Numbered from the stretch's first letter, positions 10,210-20,752 are shown. The stretch: DNA of 64,000 nucleotides from Armatimonadota bacterium (GCA_039811685.1 JBDHZC010000005.1:150008-214007), one strand, 5' to 3'. Made by a program: numbers and translations. Notes: a model not told the origin generated them from the letters alone.

Positions 10210-11163
10210 CTACTCTTCACCCCAGAAACGCCGGATTGGACGGGAAGCAGCCGCGTACTCCTTCTGGAATACATTGCCGTCGAAGCCGGGATCGTCCGCA
10301 GGAATGTCAGCGAGCGCCACAGGTTCACCGCCCCGCTCTCGTGAGAGCCGGCCCGCGAGCAGGATCTTCACAGACTCTGTCAACTCCTCCATCGCCGCGA
10401 GGCGATTCTGTCCGGTTTCAAGTGTGTCCAGCAGCCGGTCCAGCAGTGCAGAATAAAGCCGGCTGTTGTCCACCTTGATGAAGCGATGCCCTTTCGTAGT
10501 AAGAATTGAGAACGTGAACGGCTGGTAAACACCTATGACGGTGCTGTAGGCGGCTGTGCGGCTGCCGTCGTAGGTGATATGAAAGCTCTCACATCGGGTC
10601 TCGCCCTGCGAAGCGGCGCCTGCAAATCGAACGCTGGTCGCTCCAGCGCCGATGATGCGCGTGAGGCCTTCCACGGCGTGACAGCCGTAGTTGAACTCAT
10701 CCACCCCTACCGTCGCCCAGACATGCACCGGATCGCCCCGCTCACCCGCTTCTTCTGCCAGAAACTCATCTATTTCCAGAGCGTACCGGACCGACGAGCA
10801 GCCGAGTACCGTCGCGCCCTGAGCCGCCATCTCTTCCAGCGCCTTGCAGTCCGCCAGGTTGCCCGCCAGCGGCTTGTCAATGAATACCGGCTTGCCGCGC
10901 TCCACGAACGGGCGCGCCTGGCGGAGGTGATCGTCCCAGTTGCAGCTATGGATGATTCCCGCGTCCACCTTATCCGCCAGCTCCTCCAGCGACCGGGCGT
11001 GGAAATCGAGGCCGTACCTGTCCACGAACGCCTGCGTCTGGGCATCATCCCGGAACGAATCGTTGAAGACACCGCTGTAGCGCGCGCGTCCTGTTTTCTT
11101 GAAGTACTCCGCAAAGGAGACACAGTGGGAGGTGTCCAGCGTGACCGCGCCGATTTCAATCAT
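10210..11163 (-). CDS. Gfo/Idh/MocA family oxidoreductase
   Basis: IGAVTLDTSH, H..QARPF...GKPVFIDKPLA, YGCHAVE. Confidence 0.85.
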   Translation of the reverse strand: MIEIGAVTLDTSHCVSFAEYFKKTGRARYSGVFNDSFRDDAQTQAFVDRYGLDFHARSLEELADKVDAGIIHSCNWDDHLRQARPFVERGKPVFIDKPLAGNLADCKALEEMAAQGATVLGCSSVRYALEIDEFLAEEAGERGDPVHVWATVGVDEFNYGCHAVEGLTRIIGAGATSVRFAGAASQGETRCESFHITYDGSRTAAYSTVIGVYQPFTFSILTTKGHRFIKVDNSRLYSALLDRLLDTLETGQNRLAAMEELTESVKILLAGRLSRERGGEPVALADIPADDPGFDGNVFQKEYAAASRPIRRFWGEE

Positions 11164-11214
11164 AGCCGTAGTTGATTCCTTTTCCGAGTTGTTGTGAGGC
11201 TGGCGCCGCTGAAT

Positions 11215-11243
11215 ACATTAGAGCGCTAAGCTGTTCGTGTCAA
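11215..11243 (-). promoter_or_regulatory. Promoter for the Gfo/DHOD-like/M20 operon
   Basis: TTGACA-17 nt-TAATGT on the minus strand. A LacI-like AGCGCT core lies in the spacer. Confidence 0.55.
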
Positions 11244-11338
11244 CCCTTTGCAGACAGGAAGCGCCGATAGTGACGACTAAGTCTGCCTGACAAGCTAAAG
11301 GCCACTCCATTACGGTCTTTTCACAGCAGGAGACGCCA

Positions 11339-13348
11339 GTGTCGTACCATCTTCGCTTCAGACAGATTCACCTGGACTTCCACACCTCACCTGACATTCC
11401 GGGCATTGGTGAGAAGTTTGACACAGCGCAGTGGCAAAAAGCGCTCAAGGAAGGACATGTGAACTCCATCACCACCTTCGCAAAGTGCCACCACGGCTGG
11501 AGCTACCACAAGACGCGCGTCGGCAAGATGCATCCGGGACTGAGTTTCGACCTTCTGCGTCAGCAGTATGACGCCGCCAAAGAGATTGATGTCAACGTCC
11601 CCATTTACATATCCGCGGGCGTTGATGACGTGGCAGCAGCGGAGCATCCAGAGTGGCGCGAGGTCGGCGTTGACGGGCAGTACATCGGCTGGGCAGGTCC
11701 CATCACGCGGCCCGGCTTCAAGTCTATGTGTTTCGCAACGCCTTATCTGAACTACCTGTGCGATCAGATTCGGGAAGTCGTGGAGCTGTTTCCGGAGTGC
11801 GACGGCATCTTTCTGGACATCATTCATCAGGATGAGTGCTGCTGCCGGTGGTGCCTGGCAAAGATGGAGGAGATGGGGCTGGACGCTGAGAAGCCGGAAG
11901 ACCGCCGCGCATGCGCTGAGGCCGTTTTGGAGAACTACTATATTCGCGCAACGGCTGCTGTTCGGTCGCTGAATCCGCAGATGCCTGTCTTTCACAACAG
12001 TGGTCACGTGGCTAAGGGACGCCAGGGTCTCCTGAAGCACTTCAGCCATCTGGAGCTTGAGTCGCTGCCAACGGGCGGGTGGGGCTATGACCATTTTCCG
12101 CTGTCCGCCAAATACGCCCAGAAGACCGGATTGGACGTGTTGGGGATGACCGGCAAGTTCCACACCACGTGGGGGGAGTTTGGCGGTTACAAGCATCCGA
12201 ACGCTCTGCTCTATGAATGCGCGGCGATGCTGGCGCACGGGGCCAAGTGCTCTGTCGGCGACCAGCTTCATCCGAACGGTTGGATGGACGAGACGACGTA
12301 TCGCATTATCGGACAGGCGTACGAGGAGGTCGAAGCAAAAGAGCCGTGGTGCGACAACGTGGAGGCCGTCGCGGACGTGGCGGTACTATCCAGCGAAGCG
12401 GAGACTGGCCAGCGCCTGCCGGACACGGGCGCGGGGCGGGTGCTTCTGGAAGAGCACTTTCTGTTTGATCTGATTGACCGCAACGTAGATTTCGCTGGCT
12501 ATCGTCTGCTGATTCTGCCGGATGTCATCCGGCTGGACGGCGCTCTTACGCAGAAGCTCCGGCGGTATCTGGAGGGTGGTGGAAGACTGCTCCTTACGGG
12601 GGAGAGCGGGCTGGGCAAAGACGGCGGCGGTTTCGGCGTGGATATTGGCGCAAGCTACGAGGGGCTCAGCCCGGATCAGCCGGACTATCTGGTCGCGGGT
12701 GAGCGCCTGAAGCCGGATTTCGTGGACAGTCCTCTGGTGATGTACGGGCGCTCGCAGCAGGTGCGCCCGACAACTGGAGAGAGCCTGGCCGCCATCCGTC
12801 TGCCGTACTTCAACCGCACCTGGCGGCATTACTGCAGCCACCAGCACGCGCCGGATGCGAAAGACAGCGTGTTTTCGGCGGCAGTGCAGACAACGAACAC
12901 TCTGTATCTGGCGCATCCGATTTTCACCATTTATGCGGGATCCGGCGCGGTCGCCTATCGCCAGTACGCCTCCAGCGCCATTTGCGCAGCTCTGGGCGCA
13001 GAGCCATCCTTGACCACGAACATGCCCTCCACTGCGCGCGTATCGCTGATGCGCCAGCCGGATGAGAAGCGCTACGTACTCCATCTGCTTTACGCAAATA
13101 CCATCGCCCGCGGCTCGCATCAGAGCTTTTCAGCGGAAGGCTACGTCCGGGACTCTCATGGCGTGGAGGTGATTGAGGAGCTTCTGCCGCTGCACGATGT
13201 GGATGTGACACTTCGCCTGCCGGAGGCCATCCAGAGTGTGACGCTCCAGCCGCAGGGACAGAAGCTGGAGACTCGCGCAGCAGATGGAAAGCTGAGCGTG
13301 CGCCTGGACAAGTTCACCTGCCACCAGATGATTGAGCTTGGGTACTGA
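11339..13348 (+). CDS. GH151-type alpha-L-fucosidase with beta-galactosidase trimerisation-like domain
   Basis: LRFRQIHLDFHTSP, FAKCHHGWSY, DGIFLDI, HLELESLPTGGWGY, GMTGKFHTTWGEFGG. AGGAG RBS. Confidence 0.85.
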   Translation: MSYHLRFRQIHLDFHTSPDIPGIGEKFDTAQWQKALKEGHVNSITTFAKCHHGWSYHKTRVGKMHPGLSFDLLRQQYDAAKEIDVNVPIYISAGVDDVAAAEHPEWREVGVDGQYIGWAGPITRPGFKSMCFATPYLNYLCDQIREVVELFPECDGIFLDIIHQDECCCRWCLAKMEEMGLDAEKPEDRRACAEAVLENYYIRATAAVRSLNPQMPVFHNSGHVAKGRQGLLKHFSHLELESLPTGGWGYDHFPLSAKYAQKTGLDVLGMTGKFHTTWGEFGGYKHPNALLYECAAMLAHGAKCSVGDQLHPNGWMDETTYRIIGQAYEEVEAKEPWCDNVEAVADVAVLSSEAETGQRLPDTGAGRVLLEEHFLFDLIDRNVDFAGYRLLILPDVIRLDGALTQKLRRYLEGGGRLLLTGESGLGKDGGGFGVDIGASYEGLSPDQPDYLVAGERLKPDFVDSPLVMYGRSQQVRPTTGESLAAIRLPYFNRTWRHYCSHQHAPDAKDSVFSAAVQTTNTLYLAHPIFTIYAGSGAVAYRQYASSAICAALGAEPSLTTNMPSTARVSLMRQPDEKRYVLHLLYANTIARGSHQSFSAEGYVRDSHGVEVIEELLPLHDVDVTLRLPEAIQSVTLQPQGQKLETRAADGKLSVRLDKFTCHQMIELGY

Positions 13349-13516
13349 GTAGGCGGCCTTCTGTCCCGTCAAGGCGAAGGTGTGAGATGGGCAGGATGAT
13401 ATCCCTAAGTCGTTCTCAAGTCTGAGGGCTGTTGTGAGGGTTGGCACTGGTAAGCGTGGCGAGGCGCCGCAGAACGTACGGACAGTGAAAAATCACAGCC
13501 TTTACGCTCAGGCCGG

Positions 13517-14398
13517 CTATGCGTTTCCTCGCATCCTGATCCGGCGGGAACGGGCTTCCTCTTCCCGTTTCAGCGCCTCCTCACAACAGTCCAGAAAGGC
13601 GAACGTCGCTTCCATCTTTCGGACTACTTCTGGCGCCATCCCGGTATCCGACCCGCGTTTGAAGGCCGCCTCCATCCCACGCCTGAGTTCCGAAGGGTCG
13701 CGGGTTGGTACTGACATTACAGGATTCAATACCGGGCGTAATTTCACATTTGGCGCATCCGGCGAGCCAGAGGATTTCAACGGAACCTGATAGTTCAGCA
13801 AGAGTGGGCGAAGGGTGTATTCTGGCGAAGGACTTCCCCCGGCCGAACTTAGTATCAGCCCGTGCGGCGCCCATTCGCGCAAGCCATCGCTGAGCGTCGG
13901 CGCCTGTTCCAACACGTAGTCGGTGAGCCAGACAAAAGCGCCGTCAGCTTGCTGGTGGTTGCGAGCCGCGTCATCAACCGCCGGACCCACGAAAACGTCT
14001 CCTGTAATCAGACATTTGCCCGCCGATATAGCGCCTCTAAAGTTAAGCGGAATCTCCTCAAGAGCTGCGCCGTGGATGAGGGCAAGCGCCCCTTCAGCCA
14101 CTAGCTCAAAGCAACGCCTTCTAAGAACCACGTCCTCGTGACGAGCGTAATTGACAATGATAGCAGCGAGGAGAAACGTATCGGAAAATGATACGACATC
14201 GTACCTGAGCGCCTCTGGGTCCTCGAACGTCTCATTCTGCTGGCCTAAGCTACTTGCCTCACTTCGCAGATTCACCATGACATCGGAAAGCCAGAGCGGA
14301 TCTACATGGTTCCATATCCCTGCAAATCCCAGGATATCCATGAAGCAGACGACTCCCCAGTCCATGTGCTGGACACCCGCGAACTTTTTCTCATCCAA
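13517..14398 (-). CDS. Stand-alone class III nucleotidyl cyclase-like protein
   Basis: CFMDILGF (first metal Asp), SFSDT (second Asp), FRGAISAG, FVGPAVDDAAR. TTG start. Confidence 0.65.
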   Translation of the reverse strand: MDEKKFAGVQHMDWGVVCFMDILGFAGIWNHVDPLWLSDVMVNLRSEASSLGQQNETFEDPEALRYDVVSFSDTFLLAAIIVNYARHEDVVLRRRCFELVAEGALALIHGAALEEIPLNFRGAISAGKCLITGDVFVGPAVDDAARNHQQADGAFVWLTDYVLEQAPTLSDGLREWAPHGLILSSAGGSPSPEYTLRPLLLNYQVPLKSSGSPDAPNVKLRPVLNPVMSVPTRDPSELRRGMEAAFKRGSDTGMAPEVVRKMEATFAFLDCCEEALKREEEARSRRIRMRGNA

Positions 14399-14540
14399 GG
14401 TTTATTAATGTCTCCAGGGTCGGATTCTTGCGCTGCTAGATGGGCTGTGATTCCGGAGTTGCTGCGGGTATTTTGATTTCAGACGCGCGATTACGCTTGC
14501 GTGCTCTCTTTCAATATCCCTCGGGATGGTCAACCCGAGC

Positions 14541-16883
14541 TCACAGCCCTGCGTCGCTGCTGACGGCTCGCAGCAGACGCACCGGCTTTCCGTTGATCAG
14601 CGTTGCGCCCATAGCCCCTGTTACGCGGACAAAGGCGCCCATTTCAGGCAGCGCCAATCCGCCTGCTTGAACGCGCACGCCTCCTGGCCCACTGCCGTCG
14701 TCCAGAGCAGAACCGTCGTCCAGGTAGAAGAAGCCACCGGAGGAGTCAACGGAGGTGACCCGGCCAGACAGCGTGACCAGCAGGCCGACGTTGGAGAGGC
14801 CGACGGCGTTGCTATTGCTTGTGGCGTCATTCAGCAGGGCGGGCTGTGCGCCGAAAGACTCGCCACCGGACATGTAATTGTTCACTGTGAGAGCTGTGGG
14901 AACGGCGCCGGGATGAGCGTCCAGCAGTGTCCCCGTCACAACCAGTTCTCCGTTAACCAGATCCGTGGGACCAGCAACTGCCACGCGGTCGCCCGGCTGA
15001 ACCTGGGCTGAGCTGACAACGGCGATCCCGGCAGACCGGTCTTCGTTCTGTACGTAGAATCTGCCTGCAAAGATGGAAGAGACCACCACCTTGTCCAGAA
15101 TGACGTAGGAGCGAAGAGGACGAAGCTTCGCCTCGGAGATTGTCTGTGGCGGCGGAGTCTTTCGGATTCCGTCGGAATAGCCTTTCGGGCTCCAATGGCC
15201 TTGAGCGTCCTTTGCGCGCACGGAGAAATAGTAAGTCGTTCCGCTTATCAGGTTCAACCCCGTGCGCTCAACGGATTGCGCAGGCCCAACGCTCTCCCAC
15301 GCAGTGATGTTTGCAAGCCCCGGAGCTGTGCCAATGGCATACTCGTAATCCACAATCGGCTGTGCTCCGCCTGTCGTTGTCCACTGAGCGCTCAAAGTAT
15401 TGGCGCTCGATGTTATGGCTCCTTCATCGGTTACTGTTGGAGCTTTGGGGCAGGTGTAGAGCGTAATGTTGGACACCAGAGCGTGCCACTCCTCAGTTGG
15501 TTGCCCGTACGTAAAGCTGGTGTTAGTGAGCAGTCCAAGGGATATCCAGTCCACGGGGTTCGCGCTCAGGTCAATTTCTACATAGTCGGTGCTGGTCCCG
15601 TACTTGTTGACCTGCCAGGCGTTTGTCTGTGCGGAGGTATCCATGGCAAGCACGCACTTTGCGTTGTCGTAGTTGGTGCGATAGTTGAAGGCCACTTTGT
15701 AAATGGCCCCATCCTGCGGCGCAAACTTGCGCGCGCGCATACTTTGAGCGGGATAGGCTGTTCCCTGGGTCAGGTAGAACTTGACGCCGGGCGCCGGCAT
15801 CCTCTGCCCGATGTTGTTGTTCTGTGTCCAGCCCGGGCGGATGTAGTCGGTGGTCTGGTCGTAGCTGAACGTGTACGGGTAGTGCGTGAAGCTGGCTCCG
15901 TCCGGCAGCTTTGCGATAGCCTGGTAGGCCTTTGCAAGCTGGTTCGGCTGTCCGTTGGCGTCAAACAGCTCACAGTTGTGGAAGGTGGCGTAGCGGTCAC
16001 TTCGGGTGAAGAAGAGGAACCAGCGCTCCATCCAGGGCTGGTCGCGCATCCAGAGCGTCAGTCCGGACATCATATCGGCGGCTGCCGTCAATGAGTTTGT
16101 GATCAGGCTTCCGTATTCTGTGTTCCAGATCTTCAGCCCGGCAGTCTCCGGAAAAGTCTGCAGGTCGTCATAGCACGCCTGCATGTCGTCTCTGCACCAC
16201 CGCCAGTCGTCAATGCCCGTGCCCCAGCCCAGATGGTAGGAATGCAGAGAGAAGCCGTCCTGCGGTGGATAGTTGGTTCCGTTCACAGACTGACTGTAGG
16301 CTACACACGCTGGATCCGCAGCCCAGGCGTTTCGGAACGCCGTGTACCAGTTCTTGCCCGTCTGGTAGCAACTGGCGTTCGTAAATCGCCAGTCCAGAAG
16401 GCCCGGGCCAATGATCTTGCAGGTGGGATCCCCTATACGCAGATTTTTGTGAAACTTAAGGTACTTCTGTGGGTACGTGCTCGCTGCTTCGTTGGCCTGC
16501 CCCCGGTCGTTCGGCTCATTGGACATCGCCCACCAGATGGTGCGGGTCGGATCGGCGGCTTTGGCGCCGGCGGCCAAGGCCTGTATCTGAGCATCCGTGT
16601 ACGTCCCTGCGAGAGTCCAGAACATATACAGCCGCTGGTAGCCCGGCCAGAACAGCGTCAGCCCCGCAACGGCGTTGCTTGTCAGATTCGGTGAGTAATT
16701 GTACCACCACGCGCAGTTCAAAGGATCGAAGAACTGCGGTCCCTGCATGGGCATTACGGGACCATTCCAGCCGCTGGTGTCAGTCGCAACGACACCGAAG
16801 CGCTGGTCATAGGTTGCCGGATCATCCGCCAGAGAAGCCCCGGCTACCAGCAGTGCCGCCAGAAACACTGTTACTAGACGCAT
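14541..16883 (-). CDS. Secreted clan GH-A glycoside hydrolase (GH128-like) + FN3-like domain + conserved C-terminal module
   Basis: Signal peptide. WWYNY, SNEPND (acid/base), SLHSY, IWNTEYG (nucleophile), WMERWF. FN3-like YEYAIGT...YYFSVRA. Confidence 0.7.
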   Translation of the reverse strand: MRLVTVFLAALLVAGASLADDPATYDQRFGVVATDTSGWNGPVMPMQGPQFFDPLNCAWWYNYSPNLTSNAVAGLTLFWPGYQRLYMFWTLAGTYTDAQIQALAAGAKAADPTRTIWWAMSNEPNDRGQANEAASTYPQKYLKFHKNLRIGDPTCKIIGPGLLDWRFTNASCYQTGKNWYTAFRNAWAADPACVAYSQSVNGTNYPPQDGFSLHSYHLGWGTGIDDWRWCRDDMQACYDDLQTFPETAGLKIWNTEYGSLITNSLTAAADMMSGLTLWMRDQPWMERWFLFFTRSDRYATFHNCELFDANGQPNQLAKAYQAIAKLPDGASFTHYPYTFSYDQTTDYIRPGWTQNNNIGQRMPAPGVKFYLTQGTAYPAQSMRARKFAPQDGAIYKVAFNYRTNYDNAKCVLAMDTSAQTNAWQVNKYGTSTDYVEIDLSANPVDWISLGLLTNTSFTYGQPTEEWHALVSNITLYTCPKAPTVTDEGAITSSANTLSAQWTTTGGAQPIVDYEYAIGTAPGLANITAWESVGPAQSVERTGLNLISGTTYYFSVRAKDAQGHWSPKGYSDGIRKTPPPQTISEAKLRPLRSYVILDKVVVSSIFAGRFYVQNEDRSAGIAVVSSAQVQPGDRVAVAGPTDLVNGELVVTGTLLDAHPGAVPTALTVNNYMSGGESFGAQPALLNDATSNSNAVGLSNVGLLVTLSGRVTSVDSSGGFFYLDDGSALDDGSGPGGVRVQAGGLALPEMGAFVRVTGAMGATLINGKPVRLLRAVSSDAGL

Positions 16884-17137
16884 CCTATCTAACCTTTCAC
16901 ATCAGCTTAGGCCGCGCGCGGGCTCAGCCTGACTCACCTCATTCTACCGCACGACAGCGGATTTTGGAACTGGTAATTGAGAATTGATGGCAGCGTTACT
17001 GGCGGGCTGGAATACGGGAGGCTTTGGTCGCAGAAACCGTGCGACGCACCCGCCGCAGCGCCAGCGCGCCCAGCGCTAGCGGAAGGGCGGCGCTTGGTTC
17101 GGGAACCAGGGCCGGTGCCGTGTACCCGGGAGAGGCT

Positions 17138-19324
17138 TCAGGAGAACAGATCCAGGCTCTGCTGGCCGTCCAACTCCTGCTTGATGGGCCCTCGCGGACT
17201 GGGGCAGAGAAGCTCGAAGCGATCCTCCAGGGCTGGCGCAAGGCGCTGTGCGAACTTGTACAGCTTGTCCTCAAGGTACTCACGGTCTTCATCCGAGGCG
17301 TAGTCTTCAAGGCGCGCCAGCGTCCCGTCCAGCCGCCGGTAGAGCCGCACGTACTCCCCGCGCTCCGCGCCCTGCAGCGCTTTCTGCGCCCGTTGAAGCG
17401 AGCGCCCCTGCAGGCTCTTCTCCGTTACGCGCTCGCGTCGGGCGAACTCCTCCGGCCTCAGCTCTCCGCGATGAATGCGGCGCAGGCACGCCATGTACAG
17501 CGCTTTGATCTCTTCCGTGCGGCCGTCCGCTATCAGGTCTACGGCTTCCGTGAGAAACTGCTGCCCAAAGCGCTCATCGGCGCGCGAGCGCAGCGCCGCT
17601 CCCCGGTAAATGCGCCGCCCATCATAGCCCAGCAACACATAGTTCTTGACCTTCAGAGAGATCATCGCCTTCCAGCGTCCGTCATGCGCCAGATGGATGG
17701 CCTCCGGCAGAACGCGGGCGACGCTTCGGATATAGTCCTCTTCTTCAGCTTCGGACACCGCCTCCCGGGGAGGCTGGAAATACACGCCGTCCGTGTCCAC
17801 TTCGATAACAGAGCTGCCGGTGCGCTCCAGCTCAGCCTCGACCGCCCGGATGATCTCCTGTCCGCCCAGTGTGACGCGCTCGGCGGCGTCAGGGTCGTTG
17901 AACAGAGAGTTCGTGCCCAGATAGCCGTAAAATGAGTTGATGAGGATCTTGAAGGACGCCTGAAGCCCGTCCCAGTAGGTGCGCTCGGCGCCCTGCGTGG
18001 CTGCCTTCCGGGCCTTGGCGTCCAGACGGCGGCGGGTCAACTCTCTCAAGAGCGGCAGGAAGACGCCGAGAGTATCTGAGGATGGAGCGATGTTGCGCGA
18101 GAGCATGAGGCTCGGATACAGGCTCTCGACGTCGGCCTTCACCACGCGCTCAATCAGCCCCGTGCGCTTCAGCTCTGTGTAGCCGCCTGTTACGGTGCGC
18201 CCTGGCTTCGGCACGGGCAGCGCGCGTCTCTGACGCAGGTATTCGCGCACAAGCAGCAGATTGATCTTCTCGCCCGTGCCGCCCGTAGCATTGGCCTGAT
18301 AGGTGTCGGGGACCATCTGGCTGACGTAGAAGTCCGGGGGCATCACAATCCGCGCAAGCTCACCCGTTTCGTACACGTCCTGCAGAGCGTAGGCTTTGAC
18401 GCGCTCGGGATCTTCGCGCCAGAGCCGCTCCATGTTCTTGGCGTCCAGATAGACCCTGTCTTCCGGCGCAATCCCAAGCTGGATGGCGACGTCTTTCAGC
18501 CCGTGGCTGGTAAGCTCACCGCGCGCCACGTCGTAGCGCTGCACTCCAAGCAGGGTGTCAATGATGGAGCGCCCCTGAATGTGCACGGGAATGTAGGGGC
18601 GCGTGATGCCGCCGAAGGGCATGTTGCGCTCCTGTCCGAAGCAGGGCAGGCTGAGGTCCCGGCCCCAGCGCATCTCTGCGCCGCACGCCTCAGCCCGCGC
18701 CGCAAGAAACGGCATATCGAAAGAGTAGAAGTTGTGCCCTTCGATGATGTCCGGATCGCGCTCGGCGATAATGGCGTTCAGGCGCTCGAAAATCTCCGGC
18801 TCATCGCCCGCGACCGCCTCCTGAAATCCCCTGTTGTCCGACACCGCGACCATCAGGCACTTGGCTCCGGGACTGCGCGGTCCCAGCGCGTTCGTCTCGA
18901 TGTCAATCTGCATGCGGCGTGGGCCGTCAAAAGCCATCCCCTTGAAAAATGTGATGCCAGTCGAGATGAGAAACTGCCGCTGGAGAGATGGGTAGGCCAC
19001 GATACCGGCGTGTGCCTCGCGCAGAGCGTCGCGTGCGCTATGAAAGTCGTCCTCGCCGTCAAACTGATAAAGCCAGCAGTGCCCTGTGCCGTCCAGATGC
19101 GTCACATCGCCAGGCGCTTCGCTCAACTGTTGAGCGCTGAGCAGCCAAGGGCGCCACGGGACTTCATCAACTTCGAGCTCATCGTTTATACGCCGGTAGA
19201 GAAGCGCAACTGGAGTCCGGGCTTCCAGTCCGACGACGCCCTCCAGAGTGTTGGCTCCGGATAGAGCAGGATTAGCTGATGCTTTGTCGTCAAGCGCCAT
19301 CTCAGAATCGTTGTAACTGTCCAT
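17138..19324 (-). CDS. polB: Family B DNA polymerase with 3'-5' exonuclease
   Basis: Exo motifs DIET, GHNFYSFD, YALQD. Polymerase motifs DVESLYPS, KILINSFYGYLG, VDTDG. Confidence 0.92.
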   Translation of the reverse strand: MDSYNDSEMALDDKASANPALSGANTLEGVVGLEARTPVALLYRRINDELEVDEVPWRPWLLSAQQLSEAPGDVTHLDGTGHCWLYQFDGEDDFHSARDALREAHAGIVAYPSLQRQFLISTGITFFKGMAFDGPRRMQIDIETNALGPRSPGAKCLMVAVSDNRGFQEAVAGDEPEIFERLNAIIAERDPDIIEGHNFYSFDMPFLAARAEACGAEMRWGRDLSLPCFGQERNMPFGGITRPYIPVHIQGRSIIDTLLGVQRYDVARGELTSHGLKDVAIQLGIAPEDRVYLDAKNMERLWREDPERVKAYALQDVYETGELARIVMPPDFYVSQMVPDTYQANATGGTGEKINLLLVREYLRQRRALPVPKPGRTVTGGYTELKRTGLIERVVKADVESLYPSLMLSRNIAPSSDTLGVFLPLLRELTRRRLDAKARKAATQGAERTYWDGLQASFKILINSFYGYLGTNSLFNDPDAAERVTLGGQEIIRAVEAELERTGSSVIEVDTDGVYFQPPREAVSEAEEEDYIRSVARVLPEAIHLAHDGRWKAMISLKVKNYVLLGYDGRRIYRGAALRSRADERFGQQFLTEAVDLIADGRTEEIKALYMACLRRIHRGELRPEEFARRERVTEKSLQGRSLQRAQKALQGAERGEYVRLYRRLDGTLARLEDYASDEDREYLEDKLYKFAQRLAPALEDRFELLCPSPRGPIKQELDGQQSLDLFS

Positions 19325-19853
19325 GAATATCTTCTGTTTGAGAGCCTTCGGGTAGCGTCACCTGTCACGGCTATTGATGCTTTACTGATGGCCTGTCCCG
19401 CCGCAGTTCTGCTCAAGTGAGTGCCTGCTGGGCCATATTCCGTAACTCAACACGCCGAATTTTGTGCGGATTTCCGGTCCAAATGGAACACGGGTATTGC
19501 CTCAGTCGTTCTACATGTAACGCTGAGCGGGCAGTTTTTGTTAGTAGAGCTGCCACTAAGTGTTATGTTCATTTGAAAAGACTCCGGTTCAATTTGTAAG
19601 CTCGGAGTGCAGGGTGAGGCAATGGGTCTGGAGTCTCGCTTTCATCCGCTCCTGAAAGTGTATGCTCCAACGCCTGCGCAGCAGTGAACACGTGGTCATT
19701 GTCTTGCAGGCGACGATCGTGGCCGCCGTCGGGATGACTTCTGGAGATGTAAGTCTGGGGAGGAAGCCATCGGAATTATCATTTCTACTTATTTCCCTTC
19801 CCACCTTCTTCCAGCGGTCCGCCTGTACGAGCTTCAAAGAGGAGGCGGTTTGC

Positions 19854-20741
19854 ATGGCAGCGAAGCGCGTAAGAACTTATCAGGAGCACGATAGCTCCTG
19901 CGCCCACAAACGCGTCGAGCTTGACCCCACAGATGCTTACCTCAACCAGATAGGACAATCCCGTCTTCTGACCCGGCAGGAAGAGTTGGATCTTGCGCGC
20001 CGGGTGCGGGTTGGTGACGAGTTGGCTCGCAGACGTCTGGTGGAGAGTAATCTGAGGCTGGTTGTCAGTGTGGCAAAGGGATACCTGCGGAGTGGGTTGC
20101 CCTTTGGAGACTTGATTCAGGAAGGAAATCTCGGTCTGATCAAGGCGACAGAAGCCTTCGACTGGCAGAGAGGGTTCCGGTTCAGCACTTATGCGGTAGC
20201 GTGGATTCGGCAATCCATTTCGCGCGCGATTGAGAAGCAGAGCAGGTGTATTCGCCTGCCGTCCTACGTTATCCAAACTCTCCGGCGCCTCAGCCGGGAG
20301 CAGGAGAGACTGTCTCAGGAACTCGCCAGGGATCCTGTCCCTGAGGAGCTGGCACAGCGGGTAGGTTTGTCGTCAGACAAAGTCCGGAGGATGCTGCGCG
20401 CGCAGGATCTTGTGCTTTCGCTCGATGACAGGGCCAGTGATGACGACGAAATGCCGAGTATTCTCGAGAGTGTGCCGGGGTCTGACGATCCCGCTGTTCT
20501 GGCGCTGGAGGATGAGGCGGATGACTATCTGATGCGTTTGCTTGGCGTTCTGTCGGCCAAAGAGCGAACAGTTATTGATTGCCGGTTTGGTCTTTCCGGC
20601 GACCAGAAGATGACATTGCGGGAGGTGGGAGAGCTGTTGAATCTGACACGTGAGCGCGTCCGGCAAATTGAGACCAAAGCCTTGCAGAAGATGCGGATGG
20701 CGGCGGGCAGATACGCATTGCGGCACTATTACAGTGCTTAG
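19854..20741 (+). CDS. Sigma-70 family factor (RpoD/RpoS-like, no region 1.1)
   Basis: AGAGGAGG RBS before ATG 19854. Region 1.2 [11 protein letters not shown], region 2 [29 protein letters not shown], region 4 TLREVG...TRERVRQIE. Confidence 0.93.
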   Translation: MAAKRVRTYQEHDSSCAHKRVELDPTDAYLNQIGQSRLLTRQEELDLARRVRVGDELARRRLVESNLRLVVSVAKGYLRSGLPFGDLIQEGNLGLIKATEAFDWQRGFRFSTYAVAWIRQSISRAIEKQSRCIRLPSYVIQTLRRLSREQERLSQELARDPVPEELAQRVGLSSDKVRRMLRAQDLVLSLDDRASDDDEMPSILESVPGSDDPAVLALEDEADDYLMRLLGVLSAKERTVIDCRFGLSGDQKMTLREVGELLNLTRERVRQIETKALQKMRMAAGRYALRHYYSA

Positions 20742-20752
20742 TAAGGAAGAGT

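Noticed and set aside
17138..19324. Casposon, pipolin or prophage around polB
   Set aside because: No cas1, integrase, structural genes, att sites or terminal repeats nearby.
19325..19853. LexA/SOS box upstream of polB (e.g. GTTCTACATGTAAC)
   Set aside because: Only an imperfect palindrome; it matches no LexA consensus I know and is not repeated before the other repair genes.
19662..19853. N-terminal extension of the sigma ORF in the track
   Set aside because: A strong RBS precedes ATG 19854 and the extension does not resemble sigma region 1.1.
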